Assembly (NCBI GenBank): GCA_963738405.1
Contig: CAVTWJ010000019.1
Span: 42,699-106,698 of the forward strand
Direction: 5' to 3'
Origin: a candidate division FCPU426 bacterium
Lineage (GTDB): Bacteria > Oederibacteriota > Muellerivitia > Muellerivitales > Muellerivitaceae
DNA: 64,000 nucleotides
The translations under genes and the position numbers were made by a program. Each line of letters starts with the position of its first letter. Within the stretch, counting starts at the first letter, position 1. This document shows positions 17,176 through 26,674 of the stretch, piece by piece. The notes below the pieces were generated by a model. The model saw only the letters and a program-made list of their open reading frames with translations. It was not told the origin of the DNA and searched no databases.

Positions 17176-20100
17176 ATGACAAGCGACTTTGGGAAATGTT
17201 TTCATAAATTTTGGATGATCCTCCTGCTTCTCGGTCCCGGCCTTCTCAAAGCAGATGAGGGTCTCTGGCAGGTGGATCATTTTGAAAACGGAACCCCCTC
17301 CACCGGCACCGCCTGGTGGACCGGCTGCGACAGCAACCACCTGGGAACCACTCTCTCCCCGATCCCCTTTATTCCCGAAAAGGACGGCTCCCCCCTTTCT
17401 CCCGGCCACTGCGCCCACATCTGGGGACATTACGGAAAAAACCAGGCGCCCTGGCCCTACGCCCAGCTTTCCTTAAGCCTGGACGCTTCCAACGGCCCTT
17501 TTGCCCTGACCTCTTTTAAGGCCATCCGTTTTTACGCCAAGGGAGACGGCAAGGTTTATAAGGTCGTGATTCAAAAGTCCTCGGTAACCGATTACGGCGA
17601 TTACGAGTTTACCTTCACCGCCTCTAAGGATTGGACCCTGGTGGAGGTACCCTTAAAAAGTTTTACCCAGCCCTCCTGGGCCAAACAAGTTCCGCCTGGT
17701 TTCGCGGACGCGACGGTGCTTAAATTTTGTCCTACGGTCAACGAGGCTGATTTTGACCTTTCGGTGGATGATGTGGCTTTCGAAAAGGACCCTGCGCTTC
17801 AAATCCAAGCCCCGCCCGCGCTGGGCTCGGGCATTACCGAACTCTCGCCCCAAGATATGGAATCTAAAAAGAATTCCTTTCACACCCTCAATCTCGCCAG
17901 CTTCAGCGACCGCAACCTGCTGGACCAGCCCCAAGGCACGGGATGGACGGGCCAGGGACAAAACAGCGTTTACGATTTGCCCTTTGGCTTGAATAGTTTC
18001 AACGGCGTTCCCTTTGATATTGCCACCGCACCCCATAAGCAATGTCTGGTCTTGCGGGGGCAAAATAACCAGGCCTTTCCCGCCACCGCCGATATCACGG
18101 TGGGTGACAAGGCCTCGGCCCTTTATTTTCTTCAGGGAGCGGCCTGGGCCGCTCCCATCGTCGGAACCTACACGGTGATTTATAGCGACGGCACCCAGGA
18201 AGAAATTCCCCTGCGCAACAACATCGAGGTATTTGACTGGTGGACGCCCGGAACCAGCTCCGTAGCCCGTATCGGTTGGACCGGGGCCAACCCGGAGAAA
18301 GACCCGGTGGGCCTGACGCTCTTTTGCTGGCCCAACCCGCATCCTGAAAAAATGATCGCCAAGATCACCGCGTCCACCCCGGGCGATTCGGCTTTTTTGA
18401 TGCTGGCGGGCCTGACCCTGGGCAAGGAAGGCGCCTTTCTACCCAAGGTGGAACCCAAGATATACGACACGAAAGATTGGTTCGCCGCCCTTCCCATCGA
18501 CGTCAAGGCCCGCAAAGGCACAGCCCTGGACATGAGCGGCCTATTAGACGCTCCCGCCGGAAAGCACGGTAAGCTGGGAACCAAGGGGGAATCTTTCGTA
18601 TTCACCGATGGAACCCCCGCGCGCTTCTGGGGTATCAACCTGGTGGCATCTTGCAACTTCCCCACCCACGAGCAGGCCGATTGGCTGGCCGAGACCCTTT
18701 CCCAAATGGGCGTCAACATGACCCGGCACCATCACATGGACGCTCCCTGGGCCAGCCGCAACATCTTCGGCAACAAGGCCGATACCCTCACCCTGGACCC
18801 CGAATCATTGGACCGTTTCGACTACCTGGTAGCCCAGCTGCAGAAAAAGGGGATTTACCAATATTTCGACCTGATCGTGCACCGCAAGGCTCTGGCCGCC
18901 GACGGGGTGAAGGACCCGGACAGTGTTCCCAACGGTTACAAGATCGAGGGAGAATTTGATCCCCAATTGATCAAGCTGGAGCAGGGTTATATCCAGCAAC
19001 TCCTCACGCACAAGAATCCCTATACGGGAAAAATCTATGCCGAGGACCCTGCGGTTTGCCTGATGGAGGTGATGAACGAGGACAGTCTTTTCTACCGGGA
19101 CGGCGACTCGGGCGAGTTCGGCATCCCCTCTCCCTATTATCGGCAGGAGTTCAACAATCTTTTCAACCAATGGCTCGTGGCGAATTTCAAAAACCGGAAA
19201 ACCTTGGAAAAACGCTGGACCCCCGAATCCGACGAGACGAATAAAAAAGGTTTGGCCCCCCCAGAGGATCCCAAGAAGGGCTCGGTAGCGGTTATTTCCA
19301 GCTGGCGCAATGACGACCGCAAGGCCTTCTCCCGCGCCCGTCAGAAGGACACCTTCCGTTTCTATTACGAAACCCAGCTGAAGTTTTACCAGGGCCAGAG
19401 GGATTTCGTTAAAAGTCTTGGAGGGATGGCCTTGATCACTGGGAGTAACCATTGGACGGACCTGCCGGCCGACCTCTTCGCCAATTCCCAGATGGATTAT
19501 ATCGACCGGCATAACTACTGGGCCAACCCCGACGGCGGCTGGGGCTACAACCCCTCGGTCACCTTTGACCCCCGGTCCATGCTGAAAGACTCAAAAGGAA
19601 ATCTTTTGAACTCTCTGGGCCAGAAAAGGGTCTTAGGGATGCCCTATATCGTGACCGAGTGGCAGTCGAGCGCGCCAAACGATTATCGGGAAGAGGCCGA
19701 ATTGGCCATGGCCGCCGCCTGCGACCTCCAGGGATGGAACGCCCTCCAGTTCGCCTTCAGTCATAGCGACAGCTTTGACGGGCCCTTGGATAACAACTTC
19801 AACGTGGACAATCAGCCCGCCCAAATGGCCCTTTGGCCCGCTACGGCCCTTCTTTACTATCGGCAGGACATTAAAGAATCGGACACCGAGGCCTGGCAGC
19901 CCCTCACCGATGAGGAAGCCTTGGACCCTGAAAGCCAATATACACTTCCGCCGATTTTGTCTTGGACACGCAAGACCGGTGTCAAATTCACCGGGACAAC
20001 CCATGCCCCCGTCGACCTGGGGGCATTGATGAACGGGGTGCTTCAATCCAAGAAGGTTTCCAGCACGACCAAAGAAATCACCTACGATTACGGCCAGGGT

Positions 20101-20541
20101 CTGCTGACGCTGGATACCTCCAAGACTCAGGGATTCTCCGGCTTTACTTCGGGCGCCCCCTTGACCTTGAGCGGTATGAGCGTTGATTTAAAAAACAGCT
20201 ACGGCTTGGTTCTTGTCCAAGCCCTGGACGCCAACCCCATTCCTTATTCCAACAGGCTTTTGGTGACGGCCGTGGGCAACGCCATCAATACAGGCATGGA
20301 AACCGTCCCAGCGGGCAACCGCCTCAAGGATCCAGGCAAGGCGCCCGTTTTAGTGGAACCCATGGTGGGATCCCTCCATATCCTCAACCTCAAAGGCGAT
20401 TTATCGAAGCTGTCGGTTTACTCCCTCAATCCATCGGGAGAAAGGGTCAAAAAGATATCTTTCGACCGGAACAATGGGGATGTTTCTTTTGAGATGAAAA
20501 GCGAATACCAGGCGTTGAACTATGAGATCGTCGTGAGGTAG
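17176..20541 (+). CDS. Secreted multidomain glycoside hydrolase (CIA30/CBM11-like + beta-sandwich + clan GH-A, GH5/GH148-like catalytic domain)
   Basis: Signal peptide; FYAKGDG CBM11-like motif; RFWGINL, HHMD, NPYTGKIYAEDPA, acid/base NE (VMNED), nucleophile-like VTEW. Confidence 0.8.
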   Translation: MTSDFGKCFHKFWMILLLLGPGLLKADEGLWQVDHFENGTPSTGTAWWTGCDSNHLGTTLSPIPFIPEKDGSPLSPGHCAHIWGHYGKNQAPWPYAQLSLSLDASNGPFALTSFKAIRFYAKGDGKVYKVVIQKSSVTDYGDYEFTFTASKDWTLVEVPLKSFTQPSWAKQVPPGFADATVLKFCPTVNEADFDLSVDDVAFEKDPALQIQAPPALGSGITELSPQDMESKKNSFHTLNLASFSDRNLLDQPQGTGWTGQGQNSVYDLPFGLNSFNGVPFDIATAPHKQCLVLRGQNNQAFPATADITVGDKASALYFLQGAAWAAPIVGTYTVIYSDGTQEEIPLRNNIEVFDWWTPGTSSVARIGWTGANPEKDPVGLTLFCWPNPHPEKMIAKITASTPGDSAFLMLAGLTLGKEGAFLPKVEPKIYDTKDWFAALPIDVKARKGTALDMSGLLDAPAGKHGKLGTKGESFVFTDGTPARFWGINLVASCNFPTHEQADWLAETLSQMGVNMTRHHHMDAPWASRNIFGNKADTLTLDPESLDRFDYLVAQLQKKGIYQYFDLIVHRKALAADGVKDPDSVPNGYKIEGEFDPQLIKLEQGYIQQLLTHKNPYTGKIYAEDPAVCLMEVMNEDSLFYRDGDSGEFGIPSPYYRQEFNNLFNQWLVANFKNRKTLEKRWTPESDETNKKGLAPPEDPKKGSVAVISSWRNDDRKAFSRARQKDTFRFYYETQLKFYQGQRDFVKSLGGMALITGSNHWTDLPADLFANSQMDYIDRHNYWANPDGGWGYNPSVTFDPRSMLKDSKGNLLNSLGQKRVLGMPYIVTEWQSSAPNDYREEAELAMAAACDLQGWNALQFAFSHSDSFDGPLDNNFNVDNQPAQMALWPATALLYYRQDIKESDTEAWQPLTDEEALDPESQYTLPPILSWTRKTGVKFTGTTHAPVDLGALMNGVLQSKKVSSTTKEITYDYGQGLLTLDTSKTQGFSGFTSGAPLTLSGMSVDLKNSYGLVLVQALDANPIPYSNRLLVTAVGNAINTGMETVPAGNRLKDPGKAPVLVEPMVGSLHILNLKGDLSKLSVYSLNPSGERVKKISFDRNNGDVSFEMKSEYQALNYEIVVR

Positions 20542-20554
20542 GTCTTCTAAGCGA

Positions 20555-22687
20555 TCAAGGCACTCCCTCCGGCGGCTTGCCGGAGGTTTTTATTTCATCC
20601 AGCGCCGCCAGGCCCGCCAAGGCTGAAGTGCGCGATCCTGGGCGCTGGGCTTTCAAGTAGCAATCTCGGGCCTCCTCAAGCCTTCGGCTTCTTAAATAGA
20701 GGGCTCCTAAGTCGTTGAAAAGATGCGCCGCCGGAAATCCCCTGGCCAAGGCCCATTGAAGCGCCTCGATTTGTTTTTCCATGTTCTTATCCCGGTATTC
20801 CTGCTCGGCCACCTTCTCAAAAAAACACGCCTCCAAAAAGGAATTCTCCTGGAAATATTTTCGGTAGCGGGCGAATAAACCCTGAAGGATAGGGCCCCGG
20901 GGCTTCCAATCATGGTTGTCGAAGGTCATATCCACCAGCTGATGCGACTCCTCATCGGCCGAAATAATACGGTTTAGAATTTCCGCTTGCGGGCAAGGCA
21001 GGGGGATCAGCCCCAGCATCAGTCCCCCGTCCGGGCGGTCCACTCCGCCCGCCAAGGGGATCCATTGGACATTGGGAAACATCTTCCCCAGGAATTCCTG
21101 ATAATTCACGTTAATGAGCAGGGCCGCCCATTGGGCCCTTGCGGGAGAAAGGGAAGGGTTTTCGCAAAGGTTAAAGGGAAAGGTAAGGTCGGAAAGGCTT
21201 TGGTCGAACAGGTCCGGGACAAGCTCGGAAATCACGTAACCCGGGCCGCGGGATTCCGCCAGGGGTTCTAGGATTTGAAAGGCTCTCATGCGCTCCACCG
21301 ATTTGGAAGCGAACCAATTGTCCTTGGGATGGGTCCAAAGAGAATGGTAGTCCACGAACAATCTTTGGGTATCCCACCCCGCTGAAAAAAGGAGTACCCC
21401 CGCCAAGGCCCAAGTTTTCCAGGGGACCGGAAGATGCCTCACCCATTGGTGAAGGCCGAAAGCCGCCCCGAACAAAAGAAAGGGGCAGACGAGGGCGATT
21501 CGGTGGGCATCCGTGCCCCCCGTGATCAGCCCCGGCAAGATCAATAGCAGAAAAGCTCCCAGTCCAGCGAGAAACCTTCCCCATTGCCTCTGATATAAGG
21601 GAGCGAATGCCCCCCAGAAAAAGAAGGTCGTCAGGACCGGATTTAAAAACCCCCCGCCCCAGGGGCGGTAGGCGAAAAGATTGAGGGGCAGGCGGCTTCC
21701 CCAAAATAAAGCGAAGAGGTCGTTCAGTCCGGGCCACCCGGGACCGAAGGGATCGCAAAAAACATAAGCGTAATGCCCCATTCGTTCGGGCAAGGATTGG
21801 AAAGCCAGGAGAAGAAATAGAAAAAACTGAGGAATGAAAAATCTTATAAAAATCCCAGTGTTTTCTATTTTTTTAACGACTGTTTCCCCCAAAACCGTCA
21901 GGGTGAGAAGACAGGCCAACACAGGCCAGGCTTGAAAGGTAAAAAACCCCAGGCCCGCCGTGATCCCGAGGGCCCAAGCCTGGTAGGGTTTGAAATGACC
22001 CTCCGCTTTATGGAAGGCCGACCATCGTTCGAAGGTCAGGCATTCCCAGACCACCATGAATCCGCCTTCCACGGAGAACCGGGCCAGGTAAAGGGGCCAA
22101 AAACTAAAGGCTCCCAAGAGGATGAACACAAGCGCGAGGGCGGGGCTGAAAAGCCTCCGGGCCCCCCGATAAAGAAAGAAGAGGCCCAGACAAGAAAAGA
22201 GGGCGGGCGGTAACCAAAGGGTGGTAAGCGAGATATGAAAGAGTCGATAGACCCCGCCCAAGATCCAGATATACAAGGGGGGCAGTCCGCTGAAATCGTA
22301 GGTCCATTGCCAGTGGCCGAATTGGGCCAGTTCCAGAGCGTAATGGCTGCTCATGGCCTCGTCCTCCAGGGGCCAAAGCGAAAGGGTGGTTAATTGAAAT
22401 ACCCGGACGGCCAGCGCGCCGAGGCCTAATAGAACCCAAACCCAGGAAGGTACGGGCTCGTGAAAGTCCTTTTCAGGTTGTTCTGCTGGATGGGGTTTCG
22501 CAACTGAAATTAGTAATAAAGGCAGGGATAAACCCAGCAGGATGAAAAAAATCTGGACACCAAGAGTTAGAGATAAAAAGGAAAGAATGCTGTTGATAAC
22601 AAAAAGCCAAAGAATCGCGAGGACCGGATAGAAAGGCTTCAAGCAATGCGCCTCGTGAAAAAAGTTTAGAGTGAACGACAAATTCAT
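20555..22687 (-). CDS. GT-C (ArnT/PMT, GT39/83-like) membrane glycosyltransferase with C-terminal TPR
   Basis: LWPLEDEA motif after the first TMs, PPLY, many TM helices, terminal TPR. Confidence 0.7.
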   Translation of the reverse strand: MNLSFTLNFFHEAHCLKPFYPVLAILWLFVINSILSFLSLTLGVQIFFILLGLSLPLLLISVAKPHPAEQPEKDFHEPVPSWVWVLLGLGALAVRVFQLTTLSLWPLEDEAMSSHYALELAQFGHWQWTYDFSGLPPLYIWILGGVYRLFHISLTTLWLPPALFSCLGLFFLYRGARRLFSPALALVFILLGAFSFWPLYLARFSVEGGFMVVWECLTFERWSAFHKAEGHFKPYQAWALGITAGLGFFTFQAWPVLACLLTLTVLGETVVKKIENTGIFIRFFIPQFFLFLLLAFQSLPERMGHYAYVFCDPFGPGWPGLNDLFALFWGSRLPLNLFAYRPWGGGFLNPVLTTFFFWGAFAPLYQRQWGRFLAGLGAFLLLILPGLITGGTDAHRIALVCPFLLFGAAFGLHQWVRHLPVPWKTWALAGVLLFSAGWDTQRLFVDYHSLWTHPKDNWFASKSVERMRAFQILEPLAESRGPGYVISELVPDLFDQSLSDLTFPFNLCENPSLSPARAQWAALLINVNYQEFLGKMFPNVQWIPLAGGVDRPDGGLMLGLIPLPCPQAEILNRIISADEESHQLVDMTFDNHDWKPRGPILQGLFARYRKYFQENSFLEACFFEKVAEQEYRDKNMEKQIEALQWALARGFPAAHLFNDLGALYLRSRRLEEARDCYLKAQRPGSRTSALAGLAALDEIKTSGKPPEGVP

Positions 22688-22759
22688 TATACGAGGCTCA
22701 AGTCCCTTGTGCCTCCTAAAGGGCAATGGCAAACTGAGCCCAGCTGAATCGGAGGAATC

Positions 22760-23698
22760 TTGGAATCGCTATTAAATGAAATCGCCATGCTGCACCCTCC
22801 CTTGGTACATTTCGCCGTGGCCTGTCCCTTTTTGGCTCTACTGGCCCTTATCGGGGAAGTCCTTTTCAAGAAACCCTGGCTGTCCCAAACCGCCGCCTTT
22901 TTATGGGCCATGGGTTTTTTGTCCACCCTGGCCTCACTGGCGACCGGTCCCTTTCTGGCCCTTCATCTGGGTCTCATAAACACTTACACCCTTTGGCCGC
23001 CGGAGACCGCTTCCCACGGCGCCCTGCGCGACCACGCCCTTTGGGGGCTCGTCAGTGGAGCCCTTTCCCTTTTGACCCTTCCGGCCCTTTTGGCTCAAAC
23101 ACGGAAAAAGCCCTGGCGTTTGAACCTGCGCCTGGCTCTGGGAACTCTCCTGGCCGCTTCTTTCCTTTTGGCGGGACATGAGGGCGGGGAAATGGTTTAT
23201 GGATCCGAAGGGCCGTCGCCCTCTTTTTCGGCCCCAGCGGTATCCGCAAATGGATTCCTAATCTCCCTCGGCGATTACCATCAAAGCCTGGTGAAAACGA
23301 ACAAGAAAGAATGGGTGAGCCGCACCCATGGAAAGCGCTGGGTGAACACCTACGTATCAAAAGAAGCGGCGTCGGCTTACCAAAAGGGAGACCCCCTGCC
23401 GGAGGGGGCGGTTGTCGTGAAGGAATCTTTTGAGAATGAGGATGGAAACCCCTCGACAATATCGGGACCCCTTTACGGAATGAAAAAGGGAAGCCTGTCC
23501 GCTTCACCCCAGACTGGCGGATGGCAATATGGCCTGATTTGGGAGAAGCCCGTTCCAGGCAATCCGGAAGGCATCTCCTTGCCGGTCACCTGGCTTCCCG
23601 GGGACGCGCACTTGAATTCTTGCGCCAGGTGTCACAGCCATTTTAAAGAAACGGATTTCATGGGGGGAATCCCCGAAGGTTTCGAAGCTAACCCCTAA
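22760..23698 (+). CDS. DUF2231 membrane domain fused to a cytochrome P460-like domain
   Basis: HPPLVHF...GHEGGEMVY (DUF2231); LPEGAVVVKE...MKK...GGWQY...CARCH (P460 family with C-terminal heme site); GGAGG RBS before TTG. Confidence 0.75.
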   Translation: MESLLNEIAMLHPPLVHFAVACPFLALLALIGEVLFKKPWLSQTAAFLWAMGFLSTLASLATGPFLALHLGLINTYTLWPPETASHGALRDHALWGLVSGALSLLTLPALLAQTRKKPWRLNLRLALGTLLAASFLLAGHEGGEMVYGSEGPSPSFSAPAVSANGFLISLGDYHQSLVKTNKKEWVSRTHGKRWVNTYVSKEAASAYQKGDPLPEGAVVVKESFENEDGNPSTISGPLYGMKKGSLSASPQTGGWQYGLIWEKPVPGNPEGISLPVTWLPGDAHLNSCARCHSHFKETDFMGGIPEGFEANP

Positions 23699-25908
23699 AT
23701 TGAGGCCAGGGGTAAAAAGAGGGTGCAGCAGGTCCCGTGCGGATTGAGGTTGCGGACCTCGATGCGTCCGCCATGGGCTTCGGCGATCTTTTGGCTGATG
23801 GGAAGCCCCAGGCCCGTGCCCTGTTTTTTGGTGGTGAAGAAAGGCTCGAAGAGCCTCGGTAAAACGGCTTCGGGAATACCTGGGCCGTCGTCCCGGATTT
23901 CCAGCTGAAGCCAGCCCGGAATCAGGTGCGACGCCAGGATAACCGTACCCTCCCCCTTGAGGGCTTGAAAGGCGTTGAGGATCAGGTTCACTAAAACCTG
24001 CTCCAACCGCAAGCCGTCCACCGCCAGAAGCGGGGTCGCGTCATTCCAATCCCAAAGGATCTGCACCCCCTCAGCTGATTTCATCTGCGAGAGGGCCATG
24101 CCGAGCGCCTGGTCCATCACGCCCCGGAGCTGGAAGTTTTCCTTCCGGATCGACATTTCCTTGGAGTAATCGAGGATATCGTCAAAAAAACGGCGGAGCC
24201 TTTGGGTTTGCTGGTAAAGGGTTTCGGTTTCCTTTTTCCATTCCCCTTTTTCCCCCGACTTTTCCCAGAGGAACTGCGCGGTAGATCCCACCACCGAGAG
24301 GGGAGTTCGTATTTCATGGGCGATGGCGGTAATGACCTGCCCCACGGCGGCCAGACGCTCATAACGCAAAAGGGTGGCTTGGTTCTTCTTTCGGTCCCGG
24401 ATGTCCCGAACCATGGTCAAGATGGCGGGGCTGCCTTGGTAGTGGAAGGGTGTTCCCTTGGTTTCCACATCCATGACCTCCCCTTCCAGGTTCACTATTT
24501 TTTGCTCCACCCATTCGTTGGGCTCTTTTTTTTCCAGGATGCGGGAAACCCGGGTGAGGGTTAGTTCCCGGTAATCGGGATGGATAAAATCAAGGATCGG
24601 GCGGCCCGCGATCTGTTCCAGGGACTTGGCCTTCAAAGCCTCCACGCAGGCGGGATTGGCGTATAAAATCCGGCCCGCGGAATGCACCAGCACCGCTTCC
24701 GGGGAAAACTCAACCAGCCGGCGGTAGCGTTCCTCGCTTTCCTTGAGGGCCTCCAGGGCCCTCCGCCTTTCATCAATGGGAATGGCCGTCATGCAGACGG
24801 AAGCCACCTTGGCCTGATCGTCCAGGACAGGGTTGTAGGTTACTTCCATCCAGACTTCCGCACCCGAAGCGGTCAGGATCGGCCTTTCCACCAGGATGGT
24901 TTCGCCCTTGAGCGCGCGGTCGAATTTCTCATCGAAATCCGCTTTCAAGTCGGCGTGGACATAGTCACGGAAAGTTTTTCCCCGTTCAAATGAAACGCCC
25001 ATCAAGATCGTTAATAATTTCTGGCCGACGCGGTTAAAGTCCCTCAACCGGCCGTCCAGGCCGATGAGCACCATGCCCTGGGAACCGCTGTTGAACACCG
25101 CCCGTAAATCGGCCTCGGAACGCAAAAGCGCCTCCTCCGCCGCTCTTCGTTCGGTGACATTTTCAATCATGGAAACCATCAGGGGCCGGTCCTTGCTGTT
25201 TCCAGCCAGCCCCGTCACAGTGGCATTGCCCCAAAGAACCCGGCCGTCTTTGTGCAGATACCTTTTGCTCATTTGGAAGCCGGAAATGGTTCCCTCGGCG
25301 AGCGCTTGGCCCTGCCGGTTGCTTTCCTCCCGGTCCTCGGGATGGACAAAATCGCCCACCTTTCGGCCTATCAATTCCTCTGGAGAATAGCCCAGCATCT
25401 CGGTGAAGGCCCGATTGACGGCCACCATTTTCCGGTGTTCGGTCATCATCATGGGAACCGGACCCTCTTGGAATATTTTTTGAAATTTTTCGCCGCTTTG
25501 GCGCAGGACATTTTCGGTTTGATGACGCAGGGTCACGTCGTGAAATAACACCAGTCCCCCTACCACTTCCCCCTCGGCCTCCCTTAAGGGGTAATAGCGG
25601 GATTCCAGCCAATACTCCCGGCCTCTTGGGTTGAGAAAAAGCTGTTCCTTTCCGTCGCAGCTGCGTCCCTGAAGGGCCTCGTAAAAATAGCGGTCTTCCC
25701 CCCTTTCCCTTAAGGAGGGATAAAGATCAAAGGCGTTTTGCCCGAGCATCTCTTCCTTTGCATGACCCGTATACCGCTCCATGGCTTGATTCCAAAGGAT
25801 ATACCGGCATTGGGTGTCAAACGCCGCCACTCCTTCCTCATCGGAATCCATGAGGGCTCGAAAGCTTAAAGATGCGATTCGGGAAAAATCAACGAAAGGG
25901 GGCTTCAT
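23695..25908 (-). CDS. Cytoplasmic multi-PAS sensor histidine kinase
   Basis: Four PAS/PAC repeats; H-box AHEIRTPL, N-box NLILNA, DDGPG, GTGLGL. Confidence 0.93.
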   Translation of the reverse strand: MKPPFVDFSRIASLSFRALMDSDEEGVAAFDTQCRYILWNQAMERYTGHAKEEMLGQNAFDLYPSLRERGEDRYFYEALQGRSCDGKEQLFLNPRGREYWLESRYYPLREAEGEVVGGLVLFHDVTLRHQTENVLRQSGEKFQKIFQEGPVPMMMTEHRKMVAVNRAFTEMLGYSPEELIGRKVGDFVHPEDREESNRQGQALAEGTISGFQMSKRYLHKDGRVLWGNATVTGLAGNSKDRPLMVSMIENVTERRAAEEALLRSEADLRAVFNSGSQGMVLIGLDGRLRDFNRVGQKLLTILMGVSFERGKTFRDYVHADLKADFDEKFDRALKGETILVERPILTASGAEVWMEVTYNPVLDDQAKVASVCMTAIPIDERRRALEALKESEERYRRLVEFSPEAVLVHSAGRILYANPACVEALKAKSLEQIAGRPILDFIHPDYRELTLTRVSRILEKKEPNEWVEQKIVNLEGEVMDVETKGTPFHYQGSPAILTMVRDIRDRKKNQATLLRYERLAAVGQVITAIAHEIRTPLSVVGSTAQFLWEKSGEKGEWKKETETLYQQTQRLRRFFDDILDYSKEMSIRKENFQLRGVMDQALGMALSQMKSAEGVQILWDWNDATPLLAVDGLRLEQVLVNLILNAFQALKGEGTVILASHLIPGWLQLEIRDDGPGIPEAVLPRLFEPFFTTKKQGTGLGLPISQKIAEAHGGRIEVRNLNPHGTCCTLFLPLASI

Positions 25909-26003
25909 GGTTTGATCCTGTGTTGGAGGGGCCCTTGAAAATGGAGGAGGCGCCGTGAGGTTATTTTAGCAAATACATTGGCTGTCGCAAAAATCTAAGG
26001 GAT

Positions 26004-26531
26004 TTAGGCTTTGATCCGTCGGAACCGGGCGATATCTTCCGGAAGAATGTTCATCCAAAGCCTTAATTCCATCGGGTTTCCCTTCACCATGATTAACATG
26101 GCGGCTTGGGGATCCCTATCAGGCCAATCCGCCGGGATGGAAGGCTTGAGAACCACCGGGGTCATCCTCCGGCTATCCAACAAAAAATAACGCTTCGTAA
26201 AAAGATGCCAAAATAGAACCGTCATTTCTAAAAATATCTCGCCTTTATGGGGATGGTCCCCCTTTTGTTTTCGCTCGAACTCGTCCAAGAGATAGCGCCT
26301 GAAATTTTCGGAGGCCCTGAGAACCATAAGGCCTGAAACGGGTTCGGAAAAAAGAATCCCCTCCTCCAGCCCCATCGGAAGCAGTGTTTCCTGCGACCAA
26401 GGGATATATTCCCCGGTCAGATTGGCCCAACGGACCAGGAATTCATTGAAAAAATCGTAAAGATCTCGGGAGGTGGGAACCGTAAAAGAGGCGTTGTTCG
26501 TTTCTGAGGGCTCGGAGTTGTTTTCCGTCAT
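26004..26531 (-). CDS. Hypothetical protein, possibly CheX-like fold
   Basis: Downstream of the chemotaxis genes; pattern FSEPVSGLMVL...EIFLEM weakly recalls CheX-like proteins. Confidence 0.45.
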   Translation of the reverse strand: MTENNSEPSETNNASFTVPTSRDLYDFFNEFLVRWANLTGEYIPWSQETLLPMGLEEGILFSEPVSGLMVLRASENFRRYLLDEFERKQKGDHPHKGEIFLEMTVLFWHLFTKRYFLLDSRRMTPVVLKPSIPADWPDRDPQAAMLIMVKGNPMELRLWMNILPEDIARFRRIKA

Positions 26532-26674
26532 AACCGTTCCAAATTCTTGATTTGACAATCAGAGGATATCAAGAAGAACAGTCCCAAACTAGACGTAGGC
26601 GTTGTGAAAATTTAGCGAAACTGGCTCCGGTTTTCCAAAGTTTGAAGCCCAACCCTCTCTTTTTTTGGGGGTAG

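Noticed and set aside
17080..17430. N-terminal extension of the TPR ORF to 17430
   Set aside because: It overlaps the start of the divergent glycoside hydrolase; GTG 17079 has its own GAGG RBS.
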